From an uncultured Woeseiaceae bacterium (GTDB lineage: Bacteria; Pseudomonadota; Gammaproteobacteria; Steroidobacterales; Woeseiaceae), in NCBI GenBank assembly GCA_945787845.1, contig CALZJH010000009.1:35208-99207 (forward strand): a DNA stretch of 64,000 nucleotides, in the 5' to 3' direction. The notes under the pieces were generated by a model. The model was not told the origin of the DNA. It did not search any database and was given only the letters and a program-made list of their open reading frames with translations. A program made the translations under genes and the position numbers. How positions within the stretch are numbered: position 1 is the first letter of the stretch; each line of letters opens with the position of its first letter. Positions 58,617 through 64,000 of this stretch are shown in pieces.

Positions 58617-59702
58617 GTGTCGGGTAACAGTTTTGGAAAATCGTTTGTTGTGACGACGTTTGGCGAGAGCCATGGCGTTGCGCTCGGCTGTATCGTGGAC
58701 GGTTGTCCCCCGGGAATGGAATTGTCCGAGGCGGACATCCAGGCCGACCTGGACAGGCGTCGGCCGGGCCGCAACAAGCACACGACGCAACGTAATGAAC
58801 CCGACCAGGTCCGCATTCTGTCGGGCGTGTTCGAGGGCAAAACGACGGGTACGCCCATTGGCCTGATCATTGAGAACACCGACCAGCGCTCGAAAGACTA
58901 CGGAGACATCAAGGACAAGTTCCGTCCCGGCCATGCTGATTACACGTACCAGCAGAAGTACGGTATACGCGACTATCGTGGCGGCGGCCGCTCGTCGGCC
59001 CGTGAAACCGCCATGCGCGTTGCGGCGGGCGCCGTTGCCCGCAAATACCTCAGGGAACGCGCCGGTATCGAGATCCATGGTTACGTGGCGCAGCTCGGTC
59101 CCCACGAGTTGGCGGCAACGGATTTGTCGATCGTGAACGACAACCCGTTTTTCTGTGCGGACCCCGGCAAAATCGATGAACTCGAGACTTTCATGAACGA
59201 CCTGCGAGAGCAGGGCGATTCGATCGGCGCCAAGATCAGCGTCCTTGCGCGTGGCCTGCCTCCGGGTCTCGGTGAGCCTGTCTTCGACAAACTTGAAGCG
59301 GATCTCGCACATGGCTTGATGAGCATCAATGCGGTCAAGGGCGTTGAGGTGGGTGCCGGTTTCGCGGCGGTCTCCCAGCGCGGCAGTGAACATCGTGACG
59401 AGATGTCCGCGGAGGGCTTCAGCAAGAACGATGCCGGCGGCACGCTCGGCGGCATTTCATCGGGCCAGGACCTCCTCACGAGTATTGCGCTCAAGCCAAC
59501 CTCGAGTATTACCAGGACCGGCAAGACCATCGACAAGAGCGGCAGGGAAACCGAGATTGTAACGAAGGGCCGCCACGATCCCTGTGTCGGTCTGCGCGCA
59601 ACGCCCATCGCCGAAGCCATGGTCGCACTGGTTATCATGGATCACTTCCTGCGCAACCGCGCACAGAATGCCGACGTACGTTCGGATACTCCCCACATCT
59701 AG
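58617..59702 (+). CDS. aroC: Chorismate synthase
   Basis: The sequence reads [19 protein letters not shown]...[11 protein letters not shown] and starts with GTG. Confidence 0.96.
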   Translation: MSGNSFGKSFVVTTFGESHGVALGCIVDGCPPGMELSEADIQADLDRRRPGRNKHTTQRNEPDQVRILSGVFEGKTTGTPIGLIIENTDQRSKDYGDIKDKFRPGHADYTYQQKYGIRDYRGGGRSSARETAMRVAAGAVARKYLRERAGIEIHGYVAQLGPHELAATDLSIVNDNPFFCADPGKIDELETFMNDLREQGDSIGAKISVLARGLPPGLGEPVFDKLEADLAHGLMSINAVKGVEVGAGFAAVSQRGSEHRDEMSAEGFSKNDAGGTLGGISSGQDLLTSIALKPTSSITRTGKTIDKSGRETEIVTKGRHDPCVGLRATPIAEAMVALVIMDHFLRNRAQNADVRSDTPHI

Positions 59703-59735
59703 CAGGAGGGCCAGCGGGCCCGAATAATTACACGT

Positions 59736-60758
59736 ATGAGTAAAAAATTTGATATCGCCGTCGTCGGCGCCACGGGCGTCGTCGGCGAGTCCATGCTGGA
59801 GATACTGAGCCAGCGCGACTTTCCGGTGGGCACGGTCTATGCGCTTGCGAGCGAGCGCTCCGTCGGCAAGACGGTGGCATTTGGTAACCGCGAGCTCTCG
59901 GTGGAAGATCTGGCCGAATTCGATTTCTCGAAGGTGCAGATCGGACTGTTTTCTGCCGGCGGGTCGGTCTCAGCCGAGTTTGCGCTCCGTGCGGCGGAGG
60001 CGGGGTGTGTGGTTATCGACAATACGTCCCACTTTCGCTATGACGAGGACATTCCCCTTGTGGTGCCTGAGGTCAATCCGGATGCGATTGCCGGGTACAC
60101 GCAGCGCGGCATCATTGCCAACCCCAATTGCTCGACCATACAAATGGTCGTTGCGTTGAAGCCGATCTACGATGCAGTCGGCATTGAGCGAATCAACGTA
60201 TGCACTTACCAGGCCGTGTCGGGCGCAGGCCGCAGCGCCGTCGAGGAACTGGTGCGGCAGACGACGTCCCTGCTCAATGGCCGCCCGCTGGACATCGATG
60301 GGGACGCGAAGCAGATTGCCTTTAACGCGATTCCGCACATCGACGTCTTTGAAGACAATCGCTACACCCGGGAAGAGATGAAGATGGTGTGGGAAACGCG
60401 CAAGATACTGGATGATGAGGAAATCCTCGTGAATCCGACGGCCGTCCGAATTCCGGCGTTTTTCGGCCACTCCGAGGCCGTGCATCTCGAAACACGCGAG
60501 CCCATTTCCGCATCTGACGTCGCAGCGTTGCTGGCCAAAGCGCCCGGTATTGAGGTGCTCGATGGCGTGGAAACCGGGAAATATCCGACCGCGGTGACGG
60601 AAAGCTCAGGAACCGATCCTGTTTTTGTCGGCAGAATCCGCAAAGACATCTCTCATCCGCGTGGGATCGACCTTTGGGTGGTCGCTGACAACATACGTAA
60701 GGGCGCTGCTCTAAATAGCGTCCAAATTGCTGAAATATTGGCAAAAAACTATCTATAA
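59736..60758 (+). CDS. asd: Aspartate-semialdehyde dehydrogenase (short, ~340-aa type)
   Basis: VVGATGVVGESM is the Rossmann motif and IANPNCSTIQ carries the active-site Cys. Confidence 0.88.
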   Translation: MSKKFDIAVVGATGVVGESMLEILSQRDFPVGTVYALASERSVGKTVAFGNRELSVEDLAEFDFSKVQIGLFSAGGSVSAEFALRAAEAGCVVIDNTSHFRYDEDIPLVVPEVNPDAIAGYTQRGIIANPNCSTIQMVVALKPIYDAVGIERINVCTYQAVSGAGRSAVEELVRQTTSLLNGRPLDIDGDAKQIAFNAIPHIDVFEDNRYTREEMKMVWETRKILDDEEILVNPTAVRIPAFFGHSEAVHLETREPISASDVAALLAKAPGIEVLDGVETGKYPTAVTESSGTDPVFVGRIRKDISHPRGIDLWVVADNIRKGAALNSVQIAEILAKNYL

Positions 60759-60834
60759 GCTATAGTTCGCAGGCACATCGGCCCCTGACTGGATGTCACT
60801 AAAGGGGGCTTTGAAGGGTTTGGAGAAATACATT

Positions 60835-63800
60835 ATGTCGCGAAGTCTTACGCGTGTCTCGCTGGCACTTGTCCTTTTGCTGTCAAGCGAGGTCTGGGCT
60901 ATTGGACTCGGTGATATCAATCTTGATTCGGCGCTGAACGAGCCACTGCGCGCCGAGATTGAATTGCTGTCGCCAACGCCCGAAGAATTGGCGAACCTGA
61001 ACGTCTCACTGGCCTCGGCCGAGACTTTCGCACGCTATGGTATTGACCGGCCTTTCTATCTCCAGGGCATCGAATTCAATATTGTGGAAAGCGGGCCCAA
61101 CAGCGCCGTTATCCAGATTCGTTCCCGAGCGCCCATCACCGAGCCCTTTCTGACCTTCCTCGTGGAGGCAACCTGGGCCAGTGGCCGACTGTTGCGCGAG
61201 TACACGGTGCTGCTCGACCCGCCGACGTACGCGCCGCCGGCTGTGCAGGAGGCGCCCGCCGTGGCCGCGCCGCGCCGCGCCACGCCGACAGACAGTGGGC
61301 GCATCGATCGCGAGCCGCCGCCGCCGCCGCCGCCGGCACAGCCAGAGCGTGAAACGCCTCCAGCGACGCAGCCGCGAGTGACTCCGCCGGCGTCGCAGGC
61401 GCCTGATGACGGCTACGTTCCGCCTCCGGCCCCGGGTGAATCGTCGTATTCGACAACCCCGGCCGGTGATTACTACGTCGAGCGCGGCGACACGCTCTGG
61501 GGCATCGCAAGCCGCATGCGACCCGACAATCGCCTGACCATGAACCAGACCATGATGGCGATTTTCCAGGCCAACCCCGAGGCATTCTCGAACAACATCA
61601 ATCGCCTGAGCGCCGGCGCGTCGTTGCGTATTCCGAGCGCTGACGAAGTTTTCCAGATCAGCCGCTACGACGCCTTCTCCGCTGTCAAACAGCAGAATGA
61701 GGAGTGGGGCGGCCCGGCGGCCGTTGCGACGGCGGATACGACCTATGCCGATACGCCGGCTGAGACTGCGGCGGATACGCCGGCCGATTCGACCTATGTA
61801 AGCGAACCTGAACCGGCTGAGACCCGACCGAGCCTGACACTCGTGCCGCCCGACGAAGAGCCGGCCGGCATCGAGTATGAAGATGACCTGAGTACGTCTG
61901 AGCCGACCTCTCGTGAGGAGGAGATCCAGAACCGGATCGCGGAACTCGAAGCAGCGGACGTACCGGACCAGCAGTCCCTGATCGAGATCCGGGACAGTGA
62001 ACTGGCTTCGCTGCGGCAGCAACTCGCGGATATTCGCGGCGAAGTTTATGAGCCGCCTGCTGAAGACGCCATTGCTGACGAAGCGGCCGACGACGAAGTA
62101 TTCGTTGAAACTGATGATGAATTCGCTGCTGACGCTGCAGCGGGCGATGAGGCTGATGCCGCCGAAGCGACCGATGACGTGCGCACGCCGCGTGTCAGCG
62201 AGCCAAGCATTATGGATCGCGTCATGGAAATCCTCGGTAGCTGGTGGCTCCAGGTTGGCGCGGCGGTCGTAGTTGCGGCCGGTCTGTTGCTTTGGTTCCT
62301 GCGCCGCGGCAGTGACGACGACGATGATGCCTCGCCCTGGGAGACACTGGACTCCGACGAGATTGCTGCAGGTGCAATGGCGGCTACGGAAACCTTGCGG
62401 GCGCCGACGCATGATGATGAGTCGATTGTCGTCGTCGAGCAGGACTCCGGTATTCGGCCCATGGAGCCCGAGGCGACCGAAAGTATTGAGACGATTGAGG
62501 CGCCGTCGCCGGATCTCGAGGCCCCGACCGGAGACACCGGGGAATTTGGCTCGCTCGAGGACACGTTTAGCAGCGAGACCGCCGTTAATCTCGACCAGAC
62601 GGATCCGCTGGCGGAAGCCGATTTCCACATGGCTTACGGTCTGTACGACCAGGCGGCCGACCTGGTCAACGGGGCACTCGAATCCGACCCGAACGACACG
62701 ACGCTCATGGCGAAGCTCTGCGAGATTTACTTCGTCTGGGGCAACCAGGATGCGTTTGTTGACTCCGCGGCCAAACTGAAGGCCGCCGTCGGTGACGACG
62801 CAACTGCTCAATGGGACAAGATTGTCATCATGGGGCAACAAATCGCCGCGGACCATGTACTGTTCGCGGGAGCCGGCGTGGCCGGGGCCACCAAGGCTGT
62901 CGACCTGTCCTTCGAAGCAGAAATGGATGAGGCTGCGGAGCTCGACATGGACTTCGGCGGTGACGGATCGGGCGAATCGGACATCATCGATCTGGGCGGC
63001 GCGCCCGACGCGCCCGCCGCCGACGATGGCATCGATTTTGTCTTCGACGAGGAAACCGGCGAGCGCGTGGCGATCGGCGAATCGACGGTCGAGCAGCCGC
63101 CTTTCGAGGAGCCCGAGACCATTGAGGCCGGACTCGAACCAACCGCCGAAATGCCGGCGGCATCCGAACCGACCGTTGAGACGCCAACCATCGAAGAGCA
63201 GTTTGCGGGCCTTGAGGGGACGTCGGAATTGCCATCTTTGGGTAGCGCGCTCGGCGGCGCCAGTACGGACAGCGGCCTGGATTCGGACGCCACGGCCGAG
63301 ATCAATCTCGACGAACTGGACCTCGATATTACGGGGACCAATGAAGAACTTTCGGATACGGGCATCAATGAAGCGCTGGGCGATCTCGGCGAGGAAACCG
63401 GCAATAACCCTGAGCTCGATGTTGCCGTCGGCTCGGGCGACGATGACGCGTTCGATTTCGGTGATCTGGAAGAGACGGGAATGCGGCTGGCGCCCGATGA
63501 GACCGGCAGGATGCCGCTCGCAGACGTCGAGGAAGAGACCGATACGTCGATCGACCTGGACCTGCTCGAGGCGACGGGTCGGACACAGATTCTGAGTGAC
63601 GACATGGCCGTGGAAACGGCGTCGGATCTCGATGCGAACATTGGCGACGACGATGCAACCATGCTGGCGCCAGGCTATGGTGACGAGGATACCGAGGTAT
63701 CCGGCGACGCCGAGACCTTGCTCGCGCCCATAGACGAAGACGATGACGACTTTGACTTCGCGAAGACGGAAGCACTGCCGCCCGAAGCGTTCACAGGTAG

Positions 63801-64000
63801 TCCCAGCCTTGACGAGACCGGCGAGATGCCGGCGGTGGCGCAAACCGATGTGGACCTGGATCTCGACGATCTGACGGCGGCACTGGCGGTCAGCGATGTC
63901 GGCGACACGGTAGAGCAGCATGGCGACGACGCGACGGTAGAGCAGCCACGCCCGTCGGTCAGCGACGAAACTGCCGAGATCCCGACGATGTCGATGTCGC
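60835..64000 (+). CDS. fimV: FimV (type IV pilus/polar-hub peptidoglycan-binding protein), 3'-truncated by the window end
   Basis: This ORF is not in the track because there is no stop before the window end. From the ATG at 60835 it reads MSRSLTRVSLALVLLLSSEVWAIGLGDINLDSALNEPLRAEIELL...EYTVLLDPP. The LysM-like region is YYVERGDTLWGIASRM...NRLSAGASLRIPS and the TM helix is WWLQVGAAVVVAAGLLLWFL. A long acidic region follows, and the position after asd is conserved. Confidence 0.85.
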   Translation, partial: MSRSLTRVSLALVLLLSSEVWAIGLGDINLDSALNEPLRAEIELLSPTPEELANLNVSLASAETFARYGIDRPFYLQGIEFNIVESGPNSAVIQIRSRAPITEPFLTFLVEATWASGRLLREYTVLLDPPTYAPPAVQEAPAVAAPRRATPTDSGRIDREPPPPPPPAQPERETPPATQPRVTPPASQAPDDGYVPPPAPGESSYSTTPAGDYYVERGDTLWGIASRMRPDNRLTMNQTMMAIFQANPEAFSNNINRLSAGASLRIPSADEVFQISRYDAFSAVKQQNEEWGGPAAVATADTTYADTPAETAADTPADSTYVSEPEPAETRPSLTLVPPDEEPAGIEYEDDLSTSEPTSREEEIQNRIAELEAADVPDQQSLIEIRDSELASLRQQLADIRGEVYEPPAEDAIADEAADDEVFVETDDEFAADAAAGDEADAAEATDDVRTPRVSEPSIMDRVMEILGSWWLQVGAAVVVAAGLLLWFLRRGSDDDDDASPWETLDSDEIAAGAMAATETLRAPTHDDESIVVVEQDSGIRPMEPEATESIETIEAPSPDLEAPTGDTGEFGSLEDTFSSETAVNLDQTDPLAEADFHMAYGLYDQAADLVNGALESDPNDTTLMAKLCEIYFVWGNQDAFVDSAAKLKAAVGDDATAQWDKIVIMGQQIAADHVLFAGAGVAGATKAVDLSFEAEMDEAAELDMDFGGDGSGESDIIDLGGAPDAPAADDGIDFVFDEETGERVAIGESTVEQPPFEEPETIEAGLEPTAEMPAASEPTVETPTIEEQFAGLEGTSELPSLGSALGGASTDSGLDSDATAEINLDELDLDITGTNEELSDTGINEALGDLGEETGNNPELDVAVGSGDDDAFDFGDLEETGMRLAPDETGRMPLADVEEETDTSIDLDLLEATGRTQILSDDMAVETASDLDANIGDDDATMLAPGYGDEDTEVSGDAETLLAPIDEDDDDFDFAKTEALPPEAFTGSPSLDETGEMPAVAQTDVDLDLDDLTAALAVSDVGDTVEQHGDDATVEQPRPSVSDETAEIPTMSMS

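Noticed and set aside
61314-61334. (GCC)7 simple repeat as a phase-variation switch
   Set aside because: The repeat unit is 3 nt, so slippage keeps the reading frame. At most it produces Pro-tract length variation in FimV, not on/off switching.
61006-63921. 971-aa ORF on the minus strand
   Set aside because: It is antisense to fimV, whose frame gives clear FimV N-domain, LysM-like and TM motifs. The antisense product is Arg/Gly-rich low-complexity sequence, typical of GC-rich shadow frames.
1-64000. CRISPR arrays, tRNA/rRNA genes, integrases/transposases, prophage or T6SS core genes
   Set aside because: I scanned all intergenic regions longer than 100 bp and the ORF translations. There are no regularly spaced direct repeats, no T-loop/cloverleaf candidates, and no recombinase, capsid or Tss-like proteins.

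Overview
This is a high-GC (roughly 60%) chromosomal segment that is almost entirely protein-coding. The gene order looks gammaproteobacterial: glyA-nrdR-ribD-ribE-ribBA-ribH-nusB-thiL-pgpA, parE-parC, prmB-aroC-asd-fimV, and efp/epmA/psd. The accessory genes (tricorn-like protease, fasciclin, SOUL, TonB receptor) suggest a marine Cellvibrionales- or Pseudomonas-like organism, but that taxon guess is weak. I support about 57 CDS. Two of them run off the window edges and are therefore missing from the ORF track: a TonB-dependent receptor at 1-501 (-) and the canonical fimV at 60835-64000 (+). I found no rRNA, tRNA, CRISPR array, integrase, transposase or prophage genes, and most of the window is ordinary core genome. 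Six things stand out.
1. There is an orphan TagH-type FHA protein with no T6SS genes in the window.
2. A Hanks Ser/Thr kinase fused to a cyclic-nucleotide-binding domain is attached to the nusB-thiL-pgpA cluster.
3. A FimX-like protein (degenerate REC-PAS-GGDEF-EAL) sits next to a second, short FimV paralog.
4. A solitary zinc-ribbon/DUF4145 gene is wedged against purL.
5. A 180-bp element with 31/32-matching terminal inverted repeats is inserted between nrdR and ribD.
6. A rubrerythrin / HdrD-like Fe-S protein / DUF3501 triad has no known function.
All family names come from motif recognition by eye. No HMM or BLAST search was run, so family assignments for DUF proteins are tentative and start codons are best guesses.
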